DNA of 64,000 nucleotides from a virus (IMGVR_UViG_3300032307_000505:18786-82785), one strand, 5' to 3'. Counted from the stretch's first letter, positions 23,764-34,343 are shown. Numbers and translations are program-made. Notes: generated from the letters alone by a model not told the origin.

Positions 23764-24018
23764 TTAAAACCTATTCGCAATGTTTTTGATAGTCATTTCT
23801 TCATCGTTAGATAACAATAATCGAGACCTCATTAACTTACCAACTATCTTCACCCATTCCTCATCTAATATGTTATGATGTCTCTCAGATGTGACCGGTT
23901 CTCCGTCTAAATGTCCCTCCTCAATAAGGATATCAACTAATTCTTTAATTTCTTGACTTGAACAATTTTCAATAAATTCACCCGGTTCAATGTCAACATA
24001 TGTACTAAATTCCGCCAT
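23764..24018 (-). CDS. hypothetical small acidic protein
   Basis: 84-aa ORF. Confidence 0.4.
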   Translation of the reverse strand: MAEFSTYVDIEPGEFIENCSSQEIKELVDILIEEGHLDGEPVTSERHHNILDEEWVKIVGKLMRSRLLLSNDEEMTIKNIANRF

Positions 24019-24199
24019 AATAATTTAATTTAATTTTGACAAAAATATAAAATAAAATTGACACTCCAAACTTTTTTGAAGATATTTATTAGTATGATTA
24101 TGACCAATTAATAATTGGGGCTTTTGGAAATCATACAGATATGGGAATAATGGTGTATATAGATGTGGAATATCTTAAACCATAAACAAATTAATATTA

Positions 24200-24228
24200 A
24201 AAGGGGTTCTTACCCCTTTTTTTATTGA
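24200..24228. terminator. bidirectional terminator-like hairpin
   Basis: AAGGGG ttctta CCCCTT flanked by A/T runs, between convergent/divergent genes. Confidence 0.5.
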
Positions 24229-24261
24229 AAAATTTTATTAAATTTAGTAAAAACTTATTAT

Positions 24262-24594
24262 ATGGAAAATTATACAAACCCAGAAAAAGGGGACATGAAA
24301 CAAGACGTTCAAGATTTATTGAACGCATCATTAATCTTCGCGAGAGCGTTAGGTTTAATCTTTCAAGAAGGTGAAGGAATAGTAGTAGATGTTAAAGGAG
24401 ATGTAATGTTAAAAGACGATACAAAAAAAGTTATTGTATTCCAACATCAAAATCAAATTCATATCTACAAATGTGAAGAAGATTTAGAAGAAGGAACTGC
24501 CGTTAATATGAATAATGATGAGCCTGAAGAAACTGACCCATCAAATATCGATGTAACAGATTCTGAAGTGGTATCACCAACAGACGAACAATAA
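24262..24594 (+). CDS. hypothetical acidic protein
   Basis: 110-aa ORF immediately upstream of the carbamoyltransferase pair. Confidence 0.45.
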   Translation: MENYTNPEKGDMKQDVQDLLNASLIFARALGLIFQEGEGIVVDVKGDVMLKDDTKKVIVFQHQNQIHIYKCEEDLEEGTAVNMNNDEPEETDPSNIDVTDSEVVSPTDEQ

Positions 24595-24613
24595 AAAAAC
24601 AAACAAAAATTAA

Positions 24614-26278
24614 ATGAGAGTATTAGGATTTTCGGTAGGTCACGACAAAGGTGCGGTTATCATAGAAAACGGAAAAGTAGTTGTTGGGATTACCCAAGAA
24701 AGACTTTCAAGGATAAAACACGACGGTGCATATCAAGGGGGATTAATTCCCGTTGAATCCATAAACTATTGTTTAAACGCTTTGGGAATAACTTATCATG
24801 ATATCAATTTATTTGTATATAGTACAACAGAAATTGTTGATGATGTTGATTCTCAATTTTTTAGTAGATATAGTGGGTTAAATAGAAAAAAATTAAAGTT
24901 TTTACCTCATCATTTAGCCCACGCGTATTCTACTTTTTTTAGTTCAGGATTTGAAGAATCCGCAGTTATTGTTGCGGATGCGTCAGGTAGTATTTTGAGT
25001 TATAAAAACAAATTACATAAATGGTACGATGTAGATAGAACAGAATTAGACCCTGAAGAAGATTGGACCGAAGGTATTTCATTATTTCATTTTACAAAGA
25101 ATAACTATAATGAAGTATACAAAAAATGGATTAAATATCCGGTTCCAATTGATACTGATGAAGGTGTTTCGGTTGGTACTGTTTATTCCACAGGTTCTCT
25201 TCAATTAATTTACGAACCAAACGAACATACGTGGCCTGCGGGTAAATTAATGGGATTGGCGTCTTACGCGGATAAATCTATTGTTGACGAAGCTCCTGAA
25301 TATGTACAAGAATTAGATAATGATATTTTTATACCAAATAACACAATTTACCCAAAAGTAACTTGGCAATCAGATTTCTTTTCAAAATCGTGTGTTGCAG
25401 GAATTTATCAAAGAGAACAAGAACGTGCGTCATTAATTTTAGCAAAAATTGCCAAAAATTTAACAAAATCAAAAAATGTTTGTGTCGCGGGAGGGTCATT
25501 CTTAAATTGTAATTCAAACGAAATTATTTTAAATTCAGGTTTATATGATAATTGTTATTTCTTAGCTCCAAGTGATGATAGTGGGATTCCATTGGGATGT
25601 GCTTGGTATGCGTATCAACAACTTACAGATATTGTTTCCGTTGAACCAATGTCTCCGTATTTTGGTAAAAAATATTCAAGACAAGAAATTATAACTGCAA
25701 TTAATCATAACCCTCATTTAAATGTTATTGAATACCAAGATGAAGATACTTTAATTAAAGAAGTAACACATTGGTTAACACAAAATAGAGTTATTGGTTG
25801 GTTCCAAGGTGGTTCTGAAATTGGTCCAAGAGCATTAGGTAATCGTTCAATATTGGCATCCCCAATTCAAAAATGGATGACAGGTCATATTAATGGAGAT
25901 ATTAAACGAAGAGAATGGTATCGTCCTTTTGCACCTGCGGTTTTATTTGACCATCAATCAGATATTTTTGAATCTGATGTTTATTCACCTCATATGTTAG
26001 TAACAACAACCGTAAAAGAAGAATGGAGAAATAAAATCCCTGCAGTTACTCATGTGGATAATTCGGCTAGACATCAATCGGTTACTAAAGAAAATAATCC
26101 AAGGTTTTATTCATTAATTAATGAATTTTATAACCAAACAGGTGTACCAGTATTACTTAACACAAGTTTTAATGGACCTCACGAACCAATTGTTGAGACC
26201 CCTCAAGAGGCAATTAATACATTTATTTCAAACAAACTTGACATATTAGTCATTGATAATTTTATTATAATCAAGTAA
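24614..26278 (+). CDS. NodU/CmcH-family carbamoyltransferase (copy 1)
   Basis: N-terminus MRVLGFSVGHDKGAVIIENGKVVVGITQERLSRIKHDG matches the conserved carbamoyltransferase N-terminal domain; HHLAHAYS and the C-terminal domain are also present; 554 aa. Confidence 0.75.
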   Translation: MRVLGFSVGHDKGAVIIENGKVVVGITQERLSRIKHDGAYQGGLIPVESINYCLNALGITYHDINLFVYSTTEIVDDVDSQFFSRYSGLNRKKLKFLPHHLAHAYSTFFSSGFEESAVIVADASGSILSYKNKLHKWYDVDRTELDPEEDWTEGISLFHFTKNNYNEVYKKWIKYPVPIDTDEGVSVGTVYSTGSLQLIYEPNEHTWPAGKLMGLASYADKSIVDEAPEYVQELDNDIFIPNNTIYPKVTWQSDFFSKSCVAGIYQREQERASLILAKIAKNLTKSKNVCVAGGSFLNCNSNEIILNSGLYDNCYFLAPSDDSGIPLGCAWYAYQQLTDIVSVEPMSPYFGKKYSRQEIITAINHNPHLNVIEYQDEDTLIKEVTHWLTQNRVIGWFQGGSEIGPRALGNRSILASPIQKWMTGHINGDIKRREWYRPFAPAVLFDHQSDIFESDVYSPHMLVTTTVKEEWRNKIPAVTHVDNSARHQSVTKENNPRFYSLINEFYNQTGVPVLLNTSFNGPHEPIVETPQEAINTFISNKLDILVIDNFIIIK

Positions 26279-26281
26279 TTT

Positions 26282-27871
26282 ATGAGTACAATTTATGGAT
26301 TCTTTACCGGGTCACATAGTCCGTCGATTGCGTTAGTTAAAGATGGTAAAATAACATTTTGTATTGAAGAGGAGAGATTAACTCGTATAAAATCCGGAGA
26401 TAATTACGACATTAATTGTGAATTATCTTGTGTTGAAGCGGAAAACTTTACCGGATTAAAAATAACCGATGCTGATTATCGAATATTTGCAAATCCAACA
26501 CCTGACGCATTCGCTCGTAGAATCACCAATAATAACTACGAAAAAGTTAGTCACCATACTGCACACGCATATGGGGCATATTATACGAGCGGTATGAAAG
26601 GAAAATCCATTACAATCACATACGATGGTGGAGGGGAAAGTACCGTAATGAAAGTTTATCTGTGTGATGATGGGAAAATGAGTTTAATACAAAGTCACCC
26701 ATTAGCGTCATTTGGTAGTTTATCACATGTTTGGGGTTTTAGTACCGCATCAATGAAAGGATATGACCAATATGGCGAAGGTGTGTGGAAAATGTGTAAA
26801 GATGAAGGAAAATTAATGGGAATGGGTCCAAATGGATATTATGATAAAAAAATTTATAAAATGTTATCATCTGTAATTAATTATAAAAATTTTAGATTCT
26901 ATCCATCCGCATCATCAAGTAAAACTAGATTCTTGGGTGATATGTTGAAAATAAATGGTTATTTTGACACCCAAGAAAAAATGGAAATTTATTCCTATAA
27001 CCTACAAAAAATAACTGAGGATTTATTTCTAACATTTATTAACGATTTACATAATTTATACCCCGAATATAAACAACTTTGTTTTGGAGGTGGATTATTC
27101 GCAAATGTTAAAATGAATCAAAAAATTAACGAGCTTGATTGGGTTGATGAAATCTATATTTACCCCCCAATGGGTGATGAAGGTTTATCGTTGGGTGCTT
27201 GTATTCATAAAGCGGTTGAGTTAGGTGAAATTACAGAACCATTTGAATTTAATGATGTTTATTTTGGAAAATCATATAATAATGATGAAATTTATGAAAT
27301 ATCCAAAAATTATAATTTCACAAGAAAAGAATATATCCCAAGTGAAATTGCAAAAAACATCAATGAAGGAGAAATTATTGGTTGGTTCCAATCCGGTTCA
27401 GAATATGGACCAAGAGCTCTTGGGGCAAGAAGTATTTTGGTTAGACCAACAGAAGTCTCAACACATAAAGTTTTGAACCAACGATTAAATCGATATGACA
27501 CAATGCCATTCGCTCCAATTATCATGGAAGAATATTTTGACAATGTATTTACACCTTCAAAATCAAAATATACATCAGAGTTTATGACTCTATGTTATAA
27601 TACAAATGAGGAATGGATTGATAGAATTCCATCAGTAATTCAAAAATCAGATAAAACCGCAAGACCTCAAATTGTTAAACATTCAAAAATTCCTAAATTT
27701 TGGGGGATATTAAATGAATATCATAAATTATCGGGAATCCCATTATTGTTGAATACCTCATTTAATTCTCATAACCAACCTATTATAGAAAACCCACAAC
27801 AAGCATTTGAATCATTAAAACTTGGAGTGATTGATAAATTAATTATTGAAGATTATGTATATTTCTCTTAA
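26282..27871 (+). CDS. NodU/CmcH-family carbamoyltransferase (copy 2, divergent paralog)
   Basis: MSTIYGFFTGSHSPSIALVKDGKITFCIEEERLTRIKSGDNY, HHTAHAYGAY; same domain order as copy 1; 529 aa. Confidence 0.7.
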   Translation: MSTIYGFFTGSHSPSIALVKDGKITFCIEEERLTRIKSGDNYDINCELSCVEAENFTGLKITDADYRIFANPTPDAFARRITNNNYEKVSHHTAHAYGAYYTSGMKGKSITITYDGGGESTVMKVYLCDDGKMSLIQSHPLASFGSLSHVWGFSTASMKGYDQYGEGVWKMCKDEGKLMGMGPNGYYDKKIYKMLSSVINYKNFRFYPSASSSKTRFLGDMLKINGYFDTQEKMEIYSYNLQKITEDLFLTFINDLHNLYPEYKQLCFGGGLFANVKMNQKINELDWVDEIYIYPPMGDEGLSLGACIHKAVELGEITEPFEFNDVYFGKSYNNDEIYEISKNYNFTRKEYIPSEIAKNINEGEIIGWFQSGSEYGPRALGARSILVRPTEVSTHKVLNQRLNRYDTMPFAPIIMEEYFDNVFTPSKSKYTSEFMTLCYNTNEEWIDRIPSVIQKSDKTARPQIVKHSKIPKFWGILNEYHKLSGIPLLLNTSFNSHNQPIIENPQQAFESLKLGVIDKLIIEDYVYFS

Positions 27872-28484
27872 CGAAGAAAAAATTATTTTAACTTTTAACC
27901 CATATCCTAATTTAAAAATTTCAGGACCGGACGAACTTTATTATGTTGAATTACGAGAATACCCAAAAGATGACGACCAATCTTTATTTGTTGAAGGTTA
28001 TAAAATATTAGGTGATGGAGGCGTTTTTAATTTACCAATTGAATTTCATTTTGATTTTGAAATTTCTGTTTTTAAATTTATTGATAACTATGGAATTAAA
28101 AAAATATTCACTCATCGATTTAATGATTATGGAAAACAAGTTCTTTTTAATTTAGAGACATCTAATTATGAAGAATGTTTGTTATGGGTTTCAAAAGTCG
28201 AGGAATACTCAAAAATTCATGGTTGTAAAATGCATTTAAACACTAACTTTGATGAAATAAACAAAAGATACGTGTCATATTATCAAGTTGATGGTATTGA
28301 TTATTACAAAACATATAATATTGGTAGATACCCTAAAAATAGTACCGATTTTAGAACTATTGACCCAAGAATGGAAGGTCTAATTTGGTTTGGAAATTGG
28401 AAAAAATTTTGGTCTTATCAACACCCTAGATTGTGGACTAATTTGTCAAGTGAAGAAATAATTGATGATATTTTGGCACTTTAA
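27846..28484 (+). CDS. hypothetical protein
   Basis: 212-aa ORF overlapping the end of carbamoyltransferase 2. Confidence 0.45.
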   Translation: MKIMYISLNEEKIILTFNPYPNLKISGPDELYYVELREYPKDDDQSLFVEGYKILGDGGVFNLPIEFHFDFEISVFKFIDNYGIKKIFTHRFNDYGKQVLFNLETSNYEECLLWVSKVEEYSKIHGCKMHLNTNFDEINKRYVSYYQVDGIDYYKTYNIGRYPKNSTDFRTIDPRMEGLIWFGNWKKFWSYQHPRLWTNLSSEEIIDDILAL

Positions 28485-28519
28485 TTTTTTTTGTATATCT
28501 TTGTTGAAAATTAAAACAT

Positions 28520-29266
28520 ATGATGAACGTAGGACAAGAATTTCAAAGTTATTACACAAAACATTTAGGTAAACCATCTTTGGATTTACACAACTTCAAC
28601 AACCACATTCAAAATTCAATGACTCCTTACATTTTGGAGGAAAGAGAAATGAGAGTAACCCAAATGGACATTTTCTCTCGTTTAATGATGGATAGAATAT
28701 TATGGGCTTCAGGTCCGGTTGACGACAGAATGGGTGATATCATCCAATCACAACTTATTTTCTTAGACAACTTGGATAAGAAAAAAGACATTAATTTATA
28801 TCTACAAACTCCGGGTGGAAGTGTTTTAAGTGGATTAGGTATTAGAGACACTATGAACTTTATTAACGCGGATGTAGCAACCACTAATATTGGTATGTGT
28901 GCATCTATGGGTTCAGTATTATTATCTTCAGGGACAAAAGGTAAGAGGTCATCTTTAATTTTCTCAAAAGTAATGACTCACATGGTTTCTCACGGAACAC
29001 AGGGTAATGTTCAAGACACAAGAATTAACCAACTTGAAGCAGAAAAATACAATTATTTGTTATTCAAAATATTGGCAGAGAATTGTGGTAAGACATTTGA
29101 AGAAATGTTAGAATCATCAAGAAATGATAAATGGTTCAATTCTGATGAAGCATTACAATTTGGTCTAATTGATAAAATTGTTGGTGTGGAGAAAAATCAA
29201 TCAATGTCAGATATGATGGTTGGATTTGACGATTATTATGAAAAAGAAATTCTTAAAAGAAAATAA
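28520..29266 (+). CDS. clpP: ClpP-family serine peptidase (possibly prohead protease)
   Basis: ClpP fold motifs: LYLQTPGGSVLSGLGIRDTM, catalytic Ser in GMCASMGS, His in THMVSHGTQG, downstream Asp. Confidence 0.7.
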   Translation: MMNVGQEFQSYYTKHLGKPSLDLHNFNNHIQNSMTPYILEEREMRVTQMDIFSRLMMDRILWASGPVDDRMGDIIQSQLIFLDNLDKKKDINLYLQTPGGSVLSGLGIRDTMNFINADVATTNIGMCASMGSVLLSSGTKGKRSSLIFSKVMTHMVSHGTQGNVQDTRINQLEAEKYNYLLFKILAENCGKTFEEMLESSRNDKWFNSDEALQFGLIDKIVGVEKNQSMSDMMVGFDDYYEKEILKRK

Positions 29267-29282
29267 GAATTGTTATTAAATG

Positions 29283-29318
29283 AAAAAAGAAGGTATTACT
29301 ACCTTCTTTTTTTTTTAG
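29283..29318. terminator. bidirectional rho-independent terminator
   Basis: AGAAGGTA tta TACCTTCT hairpin flanked by A6 and T9 between convergent genes. Confidence 0.65.
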
Positions 29319-29379
29319 ATAAGATAAACACCCCCCTTGTTTTAAAAATCTAATTTATATAATAGAGTTTTTAATTCTA

Positions 29380-30033
29380 TTATGCCGCCGCTTCAGGTTT
29401 TAATTTTTCATAAACATTTGAAGCTTTTTTATTAAAATTGTTGTACACTCCACAGACAGTATCTTCTAGTTTATCTTGTAATTCAATCACAACTTTAGTA
29501 TCTTGAATTGCACCTAATAATGTATTTCTTAATATTGTATATCCGGTACTTTGCATACCTTGTTGTTCTTGTACCATCATAACTAATGCCTCAACTAATG
29601 CCTCAGAAACTAATGCAGTTAATTCTTTACAACTATTTAACGCCTTTGCGAGTCTTCTTGGGTCTTTAAGTATAAAAGACATTAAAGCATTTTTAAAGAA
29701 CCCTGACAATCCAAGTCCACCTAAAATTGAATTAACAAATGGTTCGACCGCAGTTTGAAGAATACCACTTAAACTATTCCCGAACATCTTACCCAAGAAA
29801 TCCATTAATTGTTCATTCAAAATATTGTTTTCGTCTAAAAATCTAATTTCCTCAATTAAATTTTTAGCAATTTTCATTTTCTTACCCTCAGGTAGAAATT
29901 CAAAATTATCGACAACTTCTTTAGATTCAACTATTGCAAAAATTCTATTTTTAACTAAATTTTCTTCAATTAAAATCTTTTCTTTTTGTTCTTTAGTCTC
30001 TTTAATTACCTTTTTTATTTTTTTCTCAATCAT
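29380..30033 (-). CDS. hypothetical protein
   Basis: 217-aa ORF. Confidence 0.5.
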   Translation of the reverse strand: MIEKKIKKVIKETKEQKEKILIEENLVKNRIFAIVESKEVVDNFEFLPEGKKMKIAKNLIEEIRFLDENNILNEQLMDFLGKMFGNSLSGILQTAVEPFVNSILGGLGLSGFFKNALMSFILKDPRRLAKALNSCKELTALVSEALVEALVMMVQEQQGMQSTGYTILRNTLLGAIQDTKVVIELQDKLEDTVCGVYNNFNKKASNVYEKLKPEAAA

Positions 30034-30040
30034 TACTTAA

Positions 30041-31120
30041 TTAATTTAATAACCATTTAGAATTATCACCATATGGTAATGGACCACCTGAACCTCCACG
30101 TAGAGTTTCAACATAATTATCAATTTTACTAAAAGCACCACCCCATTTACCATCAAATTCATTCACACATGCTTGAACTTTTTCTTTCATTGGTGCAAAT
30201 GTGTTTGGTTCAACTCGTTTTTTGGTTTTCCAAGCCTCATAGTAAGCTCTAATTGTATCTCTACAATCATTTTTACTTGTTGGAGTTTGGTTAGTAATAG
30301 CATCCTTAAATTGTTTATCAATTAAGGTACTTACACTATTCTTAACACTATTTGGGTCAAAATACATAACTAAATCTTGAGAGAATATACCTTCACTAGC
30401 CGGGCTAACAACTTTTGATGTCCAAGTTTTAGCTTGTTCAGAATCTAATTGATTTCTTAATTTATACCCTAAATTAGTATATTTCGTAATAAGTTTTGTT
30501 TGTTCATCGTTTAGTCCACCAGCAATTCCACTACTTGCAATACTTCTATATAGTGTAACTCCGTTAACAACTTTTTTCTCAAACATTTTTGGGTTTTCTA
30601 AGTTTTCACGAGTTGTTTGAATTTCACTTGCCTCTTTCCATCCACCTTCTTTTTTAACTAAATTAGTATCTTTAGTGTTTGCAGCTTGTTGTGAGGATTG
30701 TTGTACTTTTAAAGTTTCTTGATTTGCCTTTAATTGTTCTGCTTTTGAACATTTCCATTTCCCTGTTTTACCTGTTGCAGTAAATTTATAGGTCATATCA
30801 GGATAAAAAATAATAACTTGATTAGATTTTAAAGTAGTTGCCTGATAAACCGGTTTTTTAGTTCCTTTAAAAAATCTAATTTTTCCATTTTTTAAACATC
30901 CAGCAGCAATAGAGTCATCAATAAGTTTTCTATCAATCTCATCTTGACTAACTACAACTTCCTCTTTTTTAGGTTCTTCTATTTTAGGTTCTTCTATTGT
31001 TCCAGGTTTTGCATCGTTATCCGCATCAGGTGCGTTTTGTTCTAATAACCCTTTTTTTTTCAACTTAGAATGCATTTCTAAGATTTGTTTTACTTCGTTT
31101 GAATCTATACTTAATCTCAT
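30041..31120 (-). CDS. hypothetical protein
   Basis: 359-aa ORF in a minus-strand block of large genes (possibly virion-associated). Confidence 0.5.
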   Translation of the reverse strand: MRLSIDSNEVKQILEMHSKLKKKGLLEQNAPDADNDAKPGTIEEPKIEEPKKEEVVVSQDEIDRKLIDDSIAAGCLKNGKIRFFKGTKKPVYQATTLKSNQVIIFYPDMTYKFTATGKTGKWKCSKAEQLKANQETLKVQQSSQQAANTKDTNLVKKEGGWKEASEIQTTRENLENPKMFEKKVVNGVTLYRSIASSGIAGGLNDEQTKLITKYTNLGYKLRNQLDSEQAKTWTSKVVSPASEGIFSQDLVMYFDPNSVKNSVSTLIDKQFKDAITNQTPTSKNDCRDTIRAYYEAWKTKKRVEPNTFAPMKEKVQACVNEFDGKWGGAFSKIDNYVETLRGGSGGPLPYGDNSKWLLN

Positions 31121-31127
31121 CTTGTAA

Positions 31128-32096
31128 TTAATTATCTATCATGTTATCCGCTTCTTGTCCTTCAGCATCTTCATATTCGTCCTCTGGTTGTGGTGGTGGT
31201 GGTGTTTGATTTCCACATATTTTTGAAACATCTGCGTCTGTAAATCCATTTGGAAACCCTTTTTCAACTAAAGCTGCTTGAGTTTTAACCCAAAATTTAC
31301 CATCAGGAACTAACCCTAAACAAGTCTGTACCGGTTTTATAGCCTCTGATTTACATCCTTGAGTATAAGTACCTGTACAATCAGTACGATATCTATTTAT
31401 AACTGGTAGTGGTGTTGGTGTTGGGTCTGGAGTTGGGCCTGAAGTAACAACTGGTGGTTCTTCCCCATGTGTTTTTTTGTAAATATAGTATAAGACACCC
31501 GTTGAAACTGCACCTACAGCTCCCCACTTAACTAATGATTTCCAATTCATTTTTTTAACTTCAGGGTTGCTAACAATAATATCATCACCAATCTTAGCAT
31601 CGTTAGGGTTTGGTTTTGGATTTCTTGGAGTCGGAGCTTGAAACTTAGCTGCTTTTAATTTATTTGCATTCTTTGTTTCACTAATTAGTAACTCCATTTC
31701 TTTTGCGGTTAAACTTCTCCCTTTTGATTTTGTTTCATTACTAATTCTTCTTAATAAATCAATTTTAGAAATTTCTTTACCTATAGCACCTAATTCTCCT
31801 TTAACTCCACCAGCTTTTATGTCCTTAGCAAACGACTTTGCAAGTTCTTTTTCAAATGATTTCGCATCCATTTCTAAAAGTTTGGTAATTGCCGCAGCAT
31901 CCATGTTAACAATTTTAAATTCTTTTGCAATTGCACCAAGCCCTTTACCTAATGCGGATTCAAGTTCCTTAACAGTAGTTGCAGGATTAAAAGGGGCTTC
32001 AGAAAGAATACTAACATTTTCTGTTAAAGTTAATTTTGGGTTATAGTTAGAAAGTCGTCTATATCTTTCTAATTCTTCTGATAATAAATTTTTCAT
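31128..32096 (-). CDS. membrane-anchored protein with putative peptidoglycan-binding C-terminal domain
   Basis: Central TM helix (WGAVGAVSTGVLYYIY), Pro/Thr-rich linker, C-terminal CLGLVPDGKFWVKTQAALVEKGF resembling PG_binding_1 (LGL..DG.FG..T..AV). Confidence 0.4.
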   Translation of the reverse strand: MKNLLSEELERYRRLSNYNPKLTLTENVSILSEAPFNPATTVKELESALGKGLGAIAKEFKIVNMDAAAITKLLEMDAKSFEKELAKSFAKDIKAGGVKGELGAIGKEISKIDLLRRISNETKSKGRSLTAKEMELLISETKNANKLKAAKFQAPTPRNPKPNPNDAKIGDDIIVSNPEVKKMNWKSLVKWGAVGAVSTGVLYYIYKKTHGEEPPVVTSGPTPDPTPTPLPVINRYRTDCTGTYTQGCKSEAIKPVQTCLGLVPDGKFWVKTQAALVEKGFPNGFTDADVSKICGNQTPPPPQPEDEYEDAEGQEADNMIDN

Positions 32097-32126
32097 ATAT
32101 TATAAATATTATTTAATTGTTAATTA

Positions 32127-33491
32127 TTATGCGGCGTCCCAAGCATCCGCCAAAGACTTTCCTGATTCTTTCTCATAATTAGAGATACTTTTACTTGCGA
32201 ATTCCGCGGCCTCCATTTCCGCATCACTAACACCTTTATACATTTGCATCCCCTTTTTAAATCCTTTATCAATAGCGGCAACAGTTACACCTGTTTTAAC
32301 TCCGGTTTTAGCGGCGGTTTTAGCGGTTTGACCTAAAGACTTTTTAGCGACATTCGTGGCTGCTTTTAATTGTTTACCTCCAGCACCCGCGGTTTTTGCG
32401 GTGTTTGTTATTTTGGACAACGACTTAGTACCATTTTGCAAAATACCTTCTGCTTTTCCAAGAATATTTTGAATCCACGGGGCAGCTTTAGCCATCTTAG
32501 TTGATTTTAAATATGTAACCGCTTTACCCAAATACTGAGGTACTTTTGAAAACGCTCCAATTATTTTTTCAATTATTTTAATAGTGGTTGGATTTTTCAT
32601 CGCAATTTCAGCAAATTGTGCTTCTGTTTTAACACCTTTGAAAACTGCTAAGGTTGCTTTGGCTGACGCAGCAACTCCTCCTGCCAGAACAAGACCTAAA
32701 ACATCAGTACCAATTAATAACCACCTTAACCATGTTGGCATATCTTTCTCTTCATAATCTCCTGTGGATATTTCATATATATCAAGGGCAACCACTATAG
32801 CCCATGGAATCCATTGTACTCCCTTTCCTATACCAGTGGCTATTAAAATAGAGTCAAGTACAATTCCAACCGGGTTATAAAGTAAACTTCTTAATTTACG
32901 AGCTAAAAATACCATTCCTTTACCCAATAAACTAAGTATTTGTTTCCAATCTCCTTGTGAGATTGCAACTCCGGCTTTTTTGAGTCCCTCCCAACCTGTC
33001 TTACCTATATCCGCAATATCACTACCAAATTCTTTCGCAGAATCAACTGCCCATTCCCCAGTTTTCTTTAACCCTTTACCAAGCCATTCTCCAAAACCTT
33101 CTTCTTTTATGATTTGTTTAAAAATAGGTTTTAGTTTTGACATGTTATTCATAGATTCAGTCAAAACTAAAGAATTAAGAGTTATAACAACAGATTCTTT
33201 AATTTGTTGAGGTACATTTTTTGCGACTTCAAATGAATGAGAGATAAATAATTTAAAATTATCGAAATTTTCCCATATATCCCCTAATTTTTCACCTGAG
33301 TGTAAATTATATAATTCGTCAAATAAAATAAGATATTTATCATCCGGAGAAACCCAATCGGTTATAACAACAGATTCGGATACGTTTGATAATAATCCCA
33401 TACTTTCTTTAATCATACTATCTAAACCTTTTTGGTTTTGATGCATTCGTCTAATTAAATTTCTTTCCGATTCTGTTATATTTCCTATCAT
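32127..33491 (-). CDS. hypothetical multi-pass membrane protein
   Basis: 454 aa with several hydrophobic helices and a Lys/Ala/Thr-rich repetitive tail. Confidence 0.5.
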   Translation of the reverse strand: MIGNITESERNLIRRMHQNQKGLDSMIKESMGLLSNVSESVVITDWVSPDDKYLILFDELYNLHSGEKLGDIWENFDNFKLFISHSFEVAKNVPQQIKESVVITLNSLVLTESMNNMSKLKPIFKQIIKEEGFGEWLGKGLKKTGEWAVDSAKEFGSDIADIGKTGWEGLKKAGVAISQGDWKQILSLLGKGMVFLARKLRSLLYNPVGIVLDSILIATGIGKGVQWIPWAIVVALDIYEISTGDYEEKDMPTWLRWLLIGTDVLGLVLAGGVAASAKATLAVFKGVKTEAQFAEIAMKNPTTIKIIEKIIGAFSKVPQYLGKAVTYLKSTKMAKAAPWIQNILGKAEGILQNGTKSLSKITNTAKTAGAGGKQLKAATNVAKKSLGQTAKTAAKTGVKTGVTVAAIDKGFKKGMQMYKGVSDAEMEAAEFASKSISNYEKESGKSLADAWDAA

Positions 33492-34006
33492 ATTTTACCG
33501 TACTTTAATTCATCTTCAGATTTAGGTACACATATACCTATATTTTGTTTGGTTCTACACCATTCCATTAATTGTTCCGCAACTGTATTAACTATCTTAG
33601 TCATAGACCCTCCGGCAAACCATTCACCATTTAAAGCATCAAATAAGGACTCACCTCCAATGTTTGGATAATTTTTAATTATTGACATTGAATTACTTAC
33701 ATTATTAAATCCATTTTTTAAAATATAATCCAAACCATGATAATCTGTTCCAATACCTTCAACAGAATCTTTAATAGCCTTTGCGGCAGTTTTTACATTT
33801 GCAGTTGGATTACCAAAATTAATATTTTTAATTTGTGTTGGGTTTTTCATTATTGATTTTGCGGCAGTTTCAAAATATAATAAATCATCAGTATTTTGTT
33901 CATTAACAATTCCCTTATTTTCATTAAGGGTCTTAGATGAATCATAAATCATTCTTAACCTAATCTCATTTAAGGCTTCACCCGCTGTGTATTTTTTATT
34001 AACCAT
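33488..34006 (-). CDS. hypothetical protein
   Basis: 172-aa ORF, start overlaps the upstream stop. Confidence 0.45.
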   Translation of the reverse strand: MVNKKYTAGEALNEIRLRMIYDSSKTLNENKGIVNEQNTDDLLYFETAAKSIMKNPTQIKNINFGNPTANVKTAAKAIKDSVEGIGTDYHGLDYILKNGFNNVSNSMSIIKNYPNIGGESLFDALNGEWFAGGSMTKIVNTVAEQLMEWCRTKQNIGICVPKSEDELKYGKI

Positions 34007-34036
34007 CTCTTACTTTATTTTATAAATATATCGGTT

Positions 34037-34291
34037 TTACCAAATTTTATTTGCAGGTCCTGCTCTATCAATACCTGTCTCCCATTTTTCTCCTGATTTC
34101 ATTCTCGGATTTGCTTTACCAATTTTTATGGGATATGAATCGGCCCATTTTGGAATTGACCCTCCTCCACCTCCGGATGAAGGAGCTGGTGATGACGTAG
34201 ACGCATCTTGTTCACCCATTTCACCTTTTAATTCGTTATCCGGGGTATATTTTTTGAAAAAATCAATAAGAGCGTTAATATCTGTTGTCAT
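34037..34291 (-). CDS. hypothetical small protein
   Basis: 84-aa ORF, Gly/Pro-rich centre. Confidence 0.35.
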   Translation of the reverse strand: MTTDINALIDFFKKYTPDNELKGEMGEQDASTSSPAPSSGGGGGSIPKWADSYPIKIGKANPRMKSGEKWETGIDRAGPANKIW

Positions 34292-34343
34292 TTTTTTTTT
34301 ATTTTTTTTTTGTTATTTCAATAAATAGTTATAATTTAGCCTT

